From Nitrospirales bacterium (GTDB lineage Bacteria > Nitrospirota > Nitrospiria > Nitrospirales > UBA8639), in NCBI GenBank assembly GCA_963422365.1, contig OY729426.1, positions 2,304,001-2,368,000 on the forward strand: 64,000 nucleotides of DNA, read 5' to 3'. Position numbers and translations under genes: made by a program. Shown here in pieces: positions 41,048-51,846 of this stretch (position 1 is the stretch's first letter; each line of letters opens with the position of its first letter). The notes beneath the pieces are model-generated. The model made no database searches. It was given only the letters and a program-made list of their open reading frames with translations, and was not told where the DNA came from.

Positions 41048-42317
41048 TTATGATACTTGCATTTCTTTGGTTTCATTGTCCAACCAGTCGATTGCAGTTT
41101 TCTCGTCTTGTTCGATAGCCATTTCCACTCCTCGTTTGGCGCACTCCAGAAGGTGTTTGGATTGTTTGCGCAGGTTAAAGGATTCGATGACTTTTTGCTG
41201 GATTTGGGTTTGTTTTTCTTCTGACAAAATGGGAAGCACCGTTCCTTTGACTTGATCCGGTCGCCAATGAAGTATGACGGAACCGCCTACATCTCAGGTT
41301 ACCTGTTCCTTTGTCAATATTGAATTAAGCATCAACTTTAAATATTCGTTCTTGACCTTCTCGGTTTTGTTTTTTAATCGAAGGATTCCGCCTGATGGAA
41401 TCATTTTCCGTGGCAATTGATTTAAGTAATAGGCAATTCCAGGAGTTGCGTCCTTGCTGAAAAGGATTTCTCCTTTATTTGGTTGATGCTGCTTGATCTC
41501 TGCATACAGCGTTTCAGAAATGTATTTTTCTTCCGTGATCTCAAAGGGGCTTAGGTTGCTAACCCGAACAAACGGGATGCCCTCATCGAGATACTTATCC
41601 CTTCCGACTTCTATGCATTTTTCGACCGTAACGAGATTCCTTAGTGTATCCCAGCCAGCCGGATAGTTTTTGATGGCATGAACGATTTCTTCATATTTTG
41701 GCTGGAAATACTCGGCATCAAGACGTTCAGTCTGCTCGACATCTGAGTAGTTCTTGACGAAGGTTAGCCGATGTTTGAGGTGCAATTGGTTAAGCCGAGT
41801 TCGGAGAGGAGAATTGTTTGGGCTTCGGTGTACAAACTTTCTGACCTAACCAAAACATCCAGAGCAGTTTTGTAATGCTCTAAAACAATTTCCTGGAATT
41901 GAGAATCAGGGATATATGTTTTTATTTTCTTAACTTGCGTCAGTAGTAAATTCGGCTGAACACTACTGATTGTTAGCCTTTTTGTCTGTCCTTTACCGTA
42001 TTTACAGTTCAAGAAAATGGTTAAACTACGGTGAAATCTTGTTCGACACATTTATATTTTCGATAGCCTGTAATGCCCTCCCCAATATCTCCTACATTCA
42101 AATATGGAGTGCCGTTATCTATAAACTCAATTTGATTACAAAGAGAGTAAGCGACAAACCTGATAATAGAGTCACATATATTGCCGAGATATTCCCATTG
42201 GTTATTTGTGATTTTTATCTCCAAACTCAACAAGCCTTTCCTGAAATACTCAGCATCGAACCGGAACAGTTCATTATCAGTTTTAATTTCACTCAAACCC
42301 ACTATAGAGTACTGCAT
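41048..42317 (-). pseudogene. R-M specificity (HsdS-like) subunit, fragmented
   Basis: FRFDAEYF and RLDAEYFQPKY repeats (two TRDs), GIPFVRVSNL, GSVILHWRPDQV, KHLLECAKRGVEMAIE, spread over at least 4 frames. Confidence 0.85.
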
Positions 42318-42412
42318 TATTCAGCTTTTTCCTCTCTTTCTGTTATTTCCTCTCGACCTTTTCAGATAATCACAATGTCGGCTCCTCACAATATGAACAA
42401 ATAGGAGCTTGT

Positions 42413-44534
42413 TTATCTCCAAAAGCTCAGCTTTTCCTCTCTTGCCCACTTAATAAAAGCTTCGGCGATGCCATCAGGTAATGCACCATTGTGGTTATGA
42501 AGATCATGATCAACAATCAGATGACCGTTTCTGTCCAGCTTGTCTTGTCCATTTTCATTTTTGAGATAGACATAATCGCCGGAATTGTTTTTACCGCCTT
42601 TCTCTGAAACGGCAAAAAGATAGGGTAGTCGTTGACTTCGGGGCAAAGCGGCCCTTTTTCTGAATCCTCATTCCACTTTTGCACACATAGTACGCTGGTC
42701 TTGGTGCCGGTATGCGGTTTGAAGGTGTTGCCGTGCAAGCCGATCACCGCCAAAATGCGCCCGCGCTCGGCGATAAACTCCCGAATGTGTTTATCCGAGG
42801 TGTTGTTGAAGCGACCTTGCGGCAGCACGATGGCCATGCGTCCGCCGGGTTTCAGAAAATCCAGATTGCGTTCTATAAATAGAATATCCCGCCCAACCTT
42901 GTTTTGCGCCTTTTTCCTGTCCGCTTTGAAACCAAGTTCGTATTGATGCAGGATACGACTTTCCCTGATATCTCCTGCGAAAGGCGGATTGGCCATGAGT
43001 AAGTCAAACTGGAACTGCTTGTTTTCTCCTTTGTTCGCTCTGAGCTTTTCAAGTCGGGCAAAGCCATTGCCGTAGGTGTTGATCCATTTTCTGTCCTGTT
43101 CGGTTCTATTGCCCCAGCGGTTAAAATCCAGCGTGTTCAAATGCAGCACATTGGTTTCCCCGTCTCCGGCAATCAGGTTCAGGGTTCGGGCCACCCTGAC
43201 CGTCTTTTCATCAAAGTCGATACCGAATACCTTCAGGGCATTCTGTTTGTCGCCCTCCGGGATTTCTTCATTGGTGAACAGATAGCCTGTCAGTTTGAAA
43301 ATGGTATGCACCGGAAATCCGCAACTGCCTGATGCCGTATCAATCATATATTCGCCCCGTTTGGGATTCAGCATTTGTACGCACATATCGATGACATGAC
43401 GCGGCGTGAAATATTGCCCTTTTTCGCCTTTGGCGGATTTGTTGACCAGATATTCAAAGGCTTTGTCCACCACCAGCAGATTGGAGTTGAACAACTTCAC
43501 GTCCTGCAAACTGGAAACACAGACGGCAAGATGGCTGTCGGATAGCTCAAAGGTTGCGCTTTCGGGGAACACGCCGCTCCATTGGTTTCTGGCCCGGTTG
43601 AACAAATCCTGGATTTTGTTTTTCAGCTCGGTGTCGGTCTGTCCGGTGCTCCGAAATTCCATGACGCGAAAGCCTTCATCGTCAATACCGCTGACCGCTG
43701 TTTTCACTGTTGCATAGTCTGACCCATCAATATAGCTAGGAGGAAGGGGATTACAAGTCGGTGGCGGTTCATGTACGGATGTTTTTGTCACTTGCTTCAG
43801 CAAGTAATTGATGATGCCCTTGTCCGGCTGGCTCTGGTATTCGTCATACAGCTTGGTGAATATGAGCTTGAACACCTCCTCGAATACATCTACCCCGGCA
43901 TTGGCCAGCACTTCGTCCTCCATTTCCAGAATGATGTCTTTCAGGGACTTTCTCTCATTGGCGAGTTTGTCCTTGACAACCAAATCTTTCAGGGTCAAGC
44001 GTTCGCTGAGTATGTCCTTGAGTGCTTGCGTTGCCTTAGGGACGCGGTGATGTCTTCACAATAGTTCGGGTCTTTGCGGTGGTAATGGGAAATCTTCTCA
44101 CCGTTTGTCCATGCACCGATGGGTGCGCCGGTGGCGTTGCAATAGGAACGAAGCTGGGCCTTGCCGTCTTTCAGCCTGGGCTTTTTTAACTCAACAATGA
44201 CATAGGCGGTGTCGGAGCGGTCCTTGTCGAAGATAACGATATCCGCTTTTTTCTTTTCCCGGCCAAAATTGACGGAATATTCAAATGCCAGCCGGTTCTC
44301 TGTATAACCGTACTCCTTCATAAGTCGCGCAGCATAAAGCTGACGGACGATTTCTTCCGGTTTGAGCTAGATTTCCCTGTCCCGAACAACGCAGGTCACA
44401 AAAGCGGTTTCCTTGCCTCTGATGGTTTTGGTGAAGATTTTTCCCCGTAAGGATGCAATTTCATCATCCGAGAACAGGGTGAGATGATCATTGCTGTCTT
44501 TGAGTATCGACTGGATCATATCCGGTTGTGTCAT
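42413..44534 (-). pseudogene. Fused HsdR-N-like nuclease / N6-adenine methyltransferase (Type IIB/IIG-like RM subunit), disrupted
   Basis: Start ATG 44534. In-frame TAG at 44367-44369 before KPEEIVRQLY. ADIVIF..IVELKK; KGQYFTPRHV, DTASGSCGF, ANPPFAG. Frameshifts near 44040 and 42620. Confidence 0.88.
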
Positions 44535-44587
44535 CTACGATCCGTTCCGTTTTGCGCGGCTTGCATGCCAGTATGGTTGGTTTGCAA

Positions 44588-44666
44588 AGATAACACTTCC
44601 AATAAACGGCTCAGAGCACGAGCCTGGGGGTGACTGCAGGAGACAAATTTAATTGCTTTGTTACGC
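44588..44666 (-). mobile_element. Integron attC recombination site (79 bp)
   Basis: Minus strand reads GCGTAAC-AAAGCAAT-T-AAA-...GGCTC-GTGCTCT-GAGCC-G-TTT-ATTGGAAGT-GTTATCT. AAC and GTT boxes, L arms CAAT(T)AAA / TTTATTG with one unpaired base, and the upstream gene's stop TAA inside the R'' box. Confidence 0.72.
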
Positions 44667-45290
44667 GTTTTCTGCTGCTGTGCGTCCATAACTAATTGCC
44701 AACGTTCTTTGACTGCTAGATAAAGCAGGACATATGATTTGGACGTGATCTGTTGTCATGCTTGCTCAGTCCTTCTTGTACTTATCTTTCGTCAGACTAA
44801 TCTTAAAGAAAGAAGGGCTGTGATCTATTCCGTTGAAGGAAAGACGCCAGAACACAACACAAGCCAATTGGGGATTTCAATGTTTATTCCTTAAGTAAAA
44901 ATCTAATGCATTGCTCAATATATTATTGTCTTCACTTACGGCAAGTGCTCTCAGAGCCTTGATGCATGAGTCGAGACGCATTTTTTCTCAATCTCATTAA
45001 GTTTTTTCTGAGAACTCTTCGCATCCAGCAGTATCCCGTTTTCGAAAACTTGAACCTGAAATTTTAAAATGCAGCTTGAGCCAAGCAGAAGGCAACGGTT
45101 TGTACGCCTATTTTTAATCTCAAAGTGATACCTAAGCTGCTCTTGACCGTATAGTTTGCAATCTTCAGTGGCTACCCCATAGTCCTCAACAGTTTCTGTG
45201 CAATCCCATTCTTTCAATGCCTCGGGCAGAGACCCTGCAATAGAAAGAGGCAATATATTTTCAGCTACTCTTTGCGGAGATGTCTTCTGC
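44661..45290 (-). pseudogene. AT-rich hypothetical cassette gene, decayed
   Basis: RBS AAGGAGAGG without an intact ATG. Reconstructed KTSPQRVAENILPLSIAGSLPEALKEW...QLRYHFEIKN...GSSCILKF...VVFWRL..IDHSPSFFKI...LAISYGRTAAENA*, with two internal TGA and two frameshifts. Confidence 0.7.
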
Positions 45291-45412
45291 CGCCTCTCCT
45301 TTTATTTGAGTTGAGGTATTGCGTCGGCCATGTCTAGCGGTTGCTATACCGGCCTAGCAGCAGTACCCAAGAACATGCTGAACGTCATGAACGGTTGATG
45401 ACAAAGAGGCCA

Positions 45413-46786
45413 TTACGAAGCAGGCTGATCCAGGAAAAGAGAAGACGGTTCAGGAGAAAGCAGAGCGGCAGGTTCTTCGGCCGCAAGCATGGTAAGAGTC
45501 ATGCCAGCCAAGGCCTCACGGACGGCTTGATCCCGTTGGCGCAGAAGCGATCCAACGGGATCGTTGCCTTCCTGCACCATCTCAGTTGGCGTAAATTCTT
45601 TATGCGCGACGAGTTGAAGTACTTCCAGCACGGTAATCTGTTCCGGTGGTCGTCCCAATGCCATTCCTTTGGGTTCGGCTGTTCGATGAATCAGACCGTG
45701 GTCAACGAAATTTTCGACAAGAGCTTCCAGCGCAGAAAGAGGTACGCCTAATTTCGTCGCCAATTGTTGCATCTGATAGGGTGGCGCACCAGCCATATAT
45801 TGGCGCGTGATGTAGACCAGCAGGGTCAGGGCCAAACGTTCTCGGAAGGCAGCGGTGCGTTGTTTCCATCGGAGGCGAGTCAGATAGGCGGTCGGATGCT
45901 GATGATAGTAGGCGACTTGCGCGCCGACTAAGACTATAAGCCAACCGATGTAGAGCCAGATGAGGAACAGAATCAGAATGGCAAAACTGGAATAGACGGC
46001 ACTATATCGCGTCGCTCCTGCGACAAAAGATGCAAACAGCACCCCAACGATTTTCCATAATATTCCGCCTGTCACTCCCCCTACTAAGGCTGATGCGAAG
46101 CGCACTTGAGTATGAGGAACGAACTTGTACAAGAACGTAAAACCAAGACAAATCAGCATAAACGGCATGAGGGCCGTCATCCAGAGGACGGCGATTCCCA
46201 CGGGCTCGATTTTTAATATGGTTTGCACGAGCCAGTGGCTCTGTGCCGAGGCGATGCTGGCAACAGCCGTGAAGACCAGCACGGGTCCCACCAAGACCAC
46301 ACTCAAATAGTCGGTAAATTTTCTTGTCAGAGGTCGCGCATCGCGCACTCGCCAGATATGATTGAGAGCTTCTTCGATTTTGTCGATCAGTGAAAACGTG
46401 GTATAAAATAATCCCGCCAGCCCAACTGCCCCTAAAGCACCCACTTTGAGGTTGTTGACGAATTCAACAATATGACCGGCAATTTCCGAGCCTTTTCCCC
46501 CCAACGGTTCCAGACCTTGAACAAGCAGCGGTTCGAGGTGTTGGTGCACGCCAAAGGCTTTCAGCACGGAAAACGTCACGGCCAGGAAGGGAACGAGTGA
46601 CAGCAACGTGGTCGAGACAAGACCCGTCGCTCGTATACTGAGAACGCCATCACGAAAATCCGAGACCGCCACTACGACCAACCGCAGAGGCTTGACATAA
46701 AAAGCTGTCAAGCCCTTGAGTGTTCCCGAGTCCTGAACCCACAAATCCCGACGAAAAAATTTCTCGGTTCGACCCAAGACGTTCAC
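45413..46786 (-). CDS. YihY/BrkB family membrane protein with C-terminal Rrf2-like winged helix
   Basis: TTLLSLVPFLAV, IEEALNHIWRV, LYKFVPHTQV, YSAVYSSFA...WLYIGWLIVLVGAQ; C-terminal LGRPPEQITVLEVL. Confidence 0.9.
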   Translation of the reverse strand: MNVLGRTEKFFRRDLWVQDSGTLKGLTAFYVKPLRLVVVAVSDFRDGVLSIRATGLVSTTLLSLVPFLAVTFSVLKAFGVHQHLEPLLVQGLEPLGGKGSEIAGHIVEFVNNLKVGALGAVGLAGLFYTTFSLIDKIEEALNHIWRVRDARPLTRKFTDYLSVVLVGPVLVFTAVASIASAQSHWLVQTILKIEPVGIAVLWMTALMPFMLICLGFTFLYKFVPHTQVRFASALVGGVTGGILWKIVGVLFASFVAGATRYSAVYSSFAILILFLIWLYIGWLIVLVGAQVAYYHQHPTAYLTRLRWKQRTAAFRERLALTLLVYITRQYMAGAPPYQMQQLATKLGVPLSALEALVENFVDHGLIHRTAEPKGMALGRPPEQITVLEVLQLVAHKEFTPTEMVQEGNDPVGSLLRQRDQAVREALAGMTLTMLAAEEPAALLSPEPSSLFLDQPAS

Positions 46787-46982
46787 AGATTTTCCTTTAT
46801 CACCATTGCCCTAATTTCAAGATCTTCTGTTCAACCTCTACCCTGATAATTACGTAGGCTACAATGGCCATTCCCAAAAGTCCAGCAAAAGGCCGACTCC
46901 CCTTTCACGAGACTCGAAACAGTTGGCGCACGAATGGGTTTTTTATGATCCTGTTATGATGAAACCGATGCTGCACAGAGAG

Positions 46983-47538
46983 ATGGCTGGGTTTTTCTTT
47001 TGTCTCCTCCTCGTGGCTTGCCAAGAAAATATGCCCTCGCCCCCTGCCTCAAACTCTGAGCCCAACAGGTTACAGGCGGGTCACTCTACCACGGCAGAGC
47101 GAGTCCTTGTACAGGCGCTTTGCGAGGCCGAAACCAGCGGACAAGATCACGACCTTGCCGCCGCGTTGCATGATGTCGGTGCACGGTATCGGATTCAGAG
47201 AAATTGGGCTGCGGCCGAGCCCTATTTTTGGCGGGTCCTTCAGGTTTGAGCTTTCTCGGTCGGTGCCATGGATCCACACATGGCAATGAGCTTAAGCAGC
47301 CTGGCTTTGGTCTTTGAAACCAAGAAAGAATATACGAAGGCTATCACGCTTGGTGAAACAAGCGCTCACAATCAGAGAGGAGGCATGTGGCGTGGATCAT
47401 CCCCGGATCGTTCACAGTCTTGAACAATATGCCCGCTTGCTTCGGCTTTTGAATCGTATCGAGGAGGCAGAACAGATAGACGCTCGCCGGGCGCGTATTC
47501 TGGCACCAGAATGGACGGATCCAGGCTCTCGAGTGTGA
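46983..47538 (+). pseudogene. TPR lipoprotein (kinesin-light-chain-like repeats), disrupted
   Basis: Lipobox LVAC; AAAEPYFWRVLQV*AFSVG (TGA 47247-47249); frameshift near 47352 into KQALTIREEACGVDHPRIVHSL. Confidence 0.75.
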
Positions 47539-47659
47539 AGCTTCACGACGCGTCTTGGGCAAAAATTCAAGACGCCCATCCCTGAACAATCCGACAACGC
47601 CTGACACCACCCCTATCTATCAACACGCTCTTTGCTCAAGACTCAAGGTGATCACGACT

Positions 47660-48565
47660 CTAGTCACGTACAGCCATGTTCATATCCGTTGCAAAATGCG
47701 CTCGCCGATTAGCCTGGAAACACGCTGCAGTAAACATATGGCATGCCGGCCGGTCCTTCCCAAAAGAGACCACAACCATCTGCTCTGAAGGAACCCCTAA
47801 ATGGGACAAATATTGCTTGACCATCGCGGCGCGTTTTTCGCCGAGGACGTAATTGTAAGCGCGCGTTCCCCGCTCATCGCAATGACCTTCAATGCTCATG
47901 CGTTCATGAGGGTGGGCTTTGAGCCACTCTGCATTGGATTCCAGAATGTAGTGAGACTTCTCAGAAAGCCGCCAACTGTCATACGCAAAAAAGACATCCT
48001 GGAGACCATGCGAAACATGTACGCCCTTTCTCTGAGCAGACCGATCCTTATGAGCATCGGGCACAGAATCGTCGGAAGAGCGTCCGGATACCGCCAACTG
48101 ATCCCGGGTCAGGGCCCGGGACATGCCTTTGATATTTTTCATCCCAGAAGGATCCAACAGTCCACTCCTTGTCGTGGACGATCGATCTGCAGAGGAAGAA
48201 GGGGTAGGGGGAATGGACGAAAAACCGTTCCATGTCTCCTGTCCCTCTCCAGCGAACATGGTCCCAAATTTATCGTCATGAAGGTCGGCTGCTGATAAAG
48301 CTTCTACTTCCCCTGATTGCATGCCGTCAGATAAGACCAAATCCTCTGCGTCTCCCAAGGGCGTCTCCTCAAGGTGAACAGAGCGAGCATCAGGGGCGTC
48401 TTTGCTATTCGCATGACCTGAAGCCTTATGATTGGACTTGCCTGAAGAAAGATCTGCTGAACCACTCGCACCACGAATGAATTTCTTCCCACAAGCCGAC
48501 GTCATCATGAGCAAACACGCCAAGAGCACCAACAGACCAATGATTGGTTTATGTGTTTTCATCAT
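47660..48565 (-). CDS. pal: Peptidoglycan-associated (Pal/OmpA-domain) lipoprotein with long low-complexity linker
   Basis: Lipobox TSAC; VFFAYDS, IEGHCDERGTRAYNYVLGEKRA, SFGKDRP, NRRAHF. Confidence 0.85.
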   Translation of the reverse strand: MMKTHKPIIGLLVLLACLLMMTSACGKKFIRGASGSADLSSGKSNHKASGHANSKDAPDARSVHLEETPLGDAEDLVLSDGMQSGEVEALSAADLHDDKFGTMFAGEGQETWNGFSSIPPTPSSSADRSSTTRSGLLDPSGMKNIKGMSRALTRDQLAVSGRSSDDSVPDAHKDRSAQRKGVHVSHGLQDVFFAYDSWRLSEKSHYILESNAEWLKAHPHERMSIEGHCDERGTRAYNYVLGEKRAAMVKQYLSHLGVPSEQMVVVSFGKDRPACHMFTAACFQANRRAHFATDMNMAVRD

Positions 48566-48672
48566 ACTCCCCTCCTTTAACCAGACCCAGGTTATTCCCT
48601 ATCTGTCCTAAACTGTATCTCTTTTCATTCCCAAAACCCTTGTCGCGACGTTTATCTATAGAATAGGGTTCA

Positions 48673-48689
48673 TGCAAAAAGAGGACCAA
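48673..48689 (-). promoter_or_regulatory. Candidate sigma-54 (-24/-12) promoter for pal
   Basis: Minus strand TTGGTCCTCTTTTTGCA = GG-N10-GC with TTGCA, about 110 bp upstream of the start. Confidence 0.5.
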
Positions 48690-48913
48690 TTTACAGAAAC
48701 ACAAAATCTCAAAAAGGGTCGAACGGGCTAATCACGACAGCCCAATAGGCTTACTGGCATTAGCCAAAGGTCTTTTGAAGAAGGGGACATAACCAAAAGA
48801 GGGGAATGCGAGAGAAGAAAGCCCGTGCGAATAGTGGCGGGGTAGCTGATGCTTTTTTTCAACAAGCGTTGCTTTTAACCAACGCTTTGAACCACGAATG
48901 ACCGCACGTCATC

Positions 48914-51095
48914 CTAAACGACTGAAGACCTCCAGCCACGCAACAATGTCGTCATGGCCTCACAGGGCAACGGCCGAGAACACAAAGAGTCTTGCATCGC
49001 CTGACACCCATGTGTGTGGAGAAACCTGACTTGATGAGGAGATGCTACCTCTTTCGCAATAACAGCCACCTGCAATTTTCGACCGATAGCCAGACACCGT
49101 TCAATGGCCATCATCGAATCAGGATTGTTGGGCGCGGCAACCACCAAAGAAGAGGCCAGGCTTCAATCGTTGAAAGGGAAGGCGCTGCAGCAACGGGGCT
49201 AACGTGTCTTCGTACACCACGTCATCCAAGACGCTCTCCACCACGCACACGTCCAACAACTTTTTGACAAGAGTGCCCACGGCCCGTTGTCGCAGACTGA
49301 CACCGGATTGATCAATTTCAAGACGGAGGGCTTGAGGGACAACACCCGTTTCTTGTAACACTCGTTGCACCATCGTCAGAATCTGATTAGGCTCTGAACA
49401 CCTCAAAGAAAGATTGACGGACATCGGCACGGCAGACAACCTTTGTGTAAACCCGGCCAGCCTGTGCAGACAGGCGGTCTTCAGCACCCATTCTTGAATC
49501 GCATCGAAAAAATTGGCCACCTCAGCTAAAGGCAAAAACTGAGATGAAAAGACCAATCCAAGCTCAGGATGGTGCCATCGCAGTAAGGCTTCGACGCCGA
49601 CAATCCGTCCTGAGCGTAGCGTGACCCCGGGCTGATAATGAAGGAGAAATTCCTTCCGGTCCCAAGCCCCTTCGAGATTCTTTTCCAAGATAAGCCGCTC
49701 AAACGCCTGCGCGTTCATTTCTTCGGAAACAAATTGATAGCAGTGGCCACCTTTCTCTTTTGCGCGATACATCGCGCGATCAGCCTGCGCAATTAATACA
49801 TCAGGATCGGTCGCATCGAAAGGATACAACGCAATCCCCACGCTCGCCGTGATAGGGATAGTCTGATGTCCCACAATTGCAGGTTGGCCGACGGTTTCCA
49901 AGACCTTTTGCGCCACATGCCCGGCATCCTGCCCTCGGGACAAATCTTGAAGCACCATGGTAAACTCATCGCCACTCAGCCGAGCGATGGTATCTGTGCT
50001 ACGCACACAACGAGCCAAACGATCCGCTACGATCTTGAGCAACGCATCCCCCATCTCATGGCCCAGGGAATCATTAATCGGTTTAAAACGATCCAGGTCG
50101 ACAAACAGGACCCCGACTCCCCGACCATGGCGCCTAGCTTGGGCTAATGCTTGCCTCAGTCGATCGTAGAACATGGTTCGATTGGGCAAATCGGTCAGAG
50201 GATCATGATGGGCCAAGTGGAATATCCTTGCTTCCGTCTCTTTGCGAACCGTAACCAAAGACAAGGTAATCGCCATGTGCCTCACAAGTTTTTCAAACCA
50301 TCGAATCGTGAACGGATCAAACGCGTCTCGACGCCCCCCATAGACGGCCAGCACCCCGAACGCCCGACCCTGTGTAGAGAAAGGAACCACGAGTTGCGAC
50401 GGGTATCGTCTGCCTCCTACGGGACGAGGCACCACATCAGCCCCGTCACGTTCCTCTTGAAGATGAAACGTTCTATGCGTATCCAGTACGGATTCCACAC
50501 AACGCCGTTCCTCGGCAGTCAACCCGTAAGATGGCGGACCCACGTTCACATGAGAGTCACCAGCCTGTGCGCACACGGAAATTTCTCCATCAGCCCCTCG
50601 TCTCGCCACCCAAACCAAGGGATAGGAAAAGCGTTGAATCAATTGATCGCACAGACGCGACAAGCTTTGTGAAAGAGAAAACCCTTCGAGAAGGTGTTCG
50701 CCCAGGGCTTGGAGCAATTGGTCGCCAGCCGCCAATTGCTTCCAAACCGACACGTCTCGAATCAACCAATGTATCGCTGCAATCCGACCCGAGCGATCCC
50801 GTAACGCAGAGATGGTGAGAAATGCGGAAAAACTCGCACGACCATTCGGAGCAAGAGTCATTTCCCATTCAAGACCAAACTCGCCTTTTTCGAACTTTTG
50901 GAGTTGGGACTGAAAGGCAACGCGCTCATCCAGTGCCAACAACGCAGGCAGATGCTGCCCAATCAGAGCCTGTTGCGACAGCTTGAACATATTTGCCGCC
51001 GTCTGGTTCACTGACTGGATGATGCCTCGAGCGTCGGTGACAAGATGGCCATCACGTGGAACACACTCATCCAACATCGCCAAAGCCCTCCTCAC
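48914..51095 (-). CDS. PAS-GAF-GGDEF-EAL protein; EAL domain degenerate and frameshifted
   Basis: AHHDPLTDLPNR, DLDRFKPINDSLGH, RLSGDEF, EALLRW. DDFGTG is replaced by DDVVYE and the tail (48914-49160) is in another frame. Confidence 0.85.
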
Positions 51096-51101
51096 CGAAT
51101 C

Positions 51102-51836
51102 TCATTCAGGAATTTTGACGATTCCCGCCTGTACATCGCGTTGGACTTGAGCATAACGTTCGGGTGTACCCACATCAGACCAGTACCCGGAAAAGACATA
51201 CCCGGCTACCGTTGCTCCTCGTTCCAACCACCACACATAGGCATCAATGATCGAAGAAAAAACCCCTTGAGAAACATGGCGCAACAGAAACGGGTCAAGC
51301 ACGTGGACGCCGGCAAACATGCGCCGTGACGGAGGCACGTCGCTCCTTTTAGCCATACGCCCCTTTCCATGAATACGCAATACCCGGTCATCCTCATCCG
51401 TCTCAATCACACCCCAGTGCTCGACAGCCGGATCATCACGGAGTGCCATGGTGGCAAGAGCCTCTTTTTTCCGGTGATACGCAACCAGTTGGGATAAATC
51501 GAGATCCACAATCGTGTCTCCATTGAACACAAGAAAGGGATTGTCCTCAAAAAACTCCTCAACGTGTTTGATGCCACCTCCTGTTCCAAGTAACACCGGT
51601 TCATAAGAATACGAAAGGTGCATGTGCCATTGCGACCCATCACCCAACGTTTGTTGGATTTGCTCACCGAGGTAGTGGAGATTAATCATCACATCTTCAA
51701 CGCCATGTCGACGCAGCAAAAGGAGATTCCACACAAGAAGCGGATAGGGCCCCAAGGGCAAGAGCGGTTTAGGAAGAGACTCCGTCAGAGGACGGAGTCG
51801 TATGCCAAGACCCGCTGCCAATACCATGGCTTTCAT
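51102..51836 (-). CDS. Sugar-phosphate nucleotidyltransferase (MurU-like)
   Basis: MKAMVLAAGLGIRLRPLTESLPKPLL, LGTGGGI, NGD, WSDVGTPERY. Directly follows the AmgK-like kinase. Confidence 0.88.
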   Translation of the reverse strand: MKAMVLAAGLGIRLRPLTESLPKPLLPLGPYPLLVWNLLLLRRHGVEDVMINLHYLGEQIQQTLGDGSQWHMHLSYSYEPVLLGTGGGIKHVEEFFEDNPFLVFNGDTIVDLDLSQLVAYHRKKEALATMALRDDPAVEHWGVIETDEDDRVLRIHGKGRMAKRSDVPPSRRMFAGVHVLDPFLLRHVSQGVFSSIIDAYVWWLERGATVAGYVFSGYWSDVGTPERYAQVQRDVQAGIVKIPE

Positions 51837-51846
51837 GGAATGGTCT

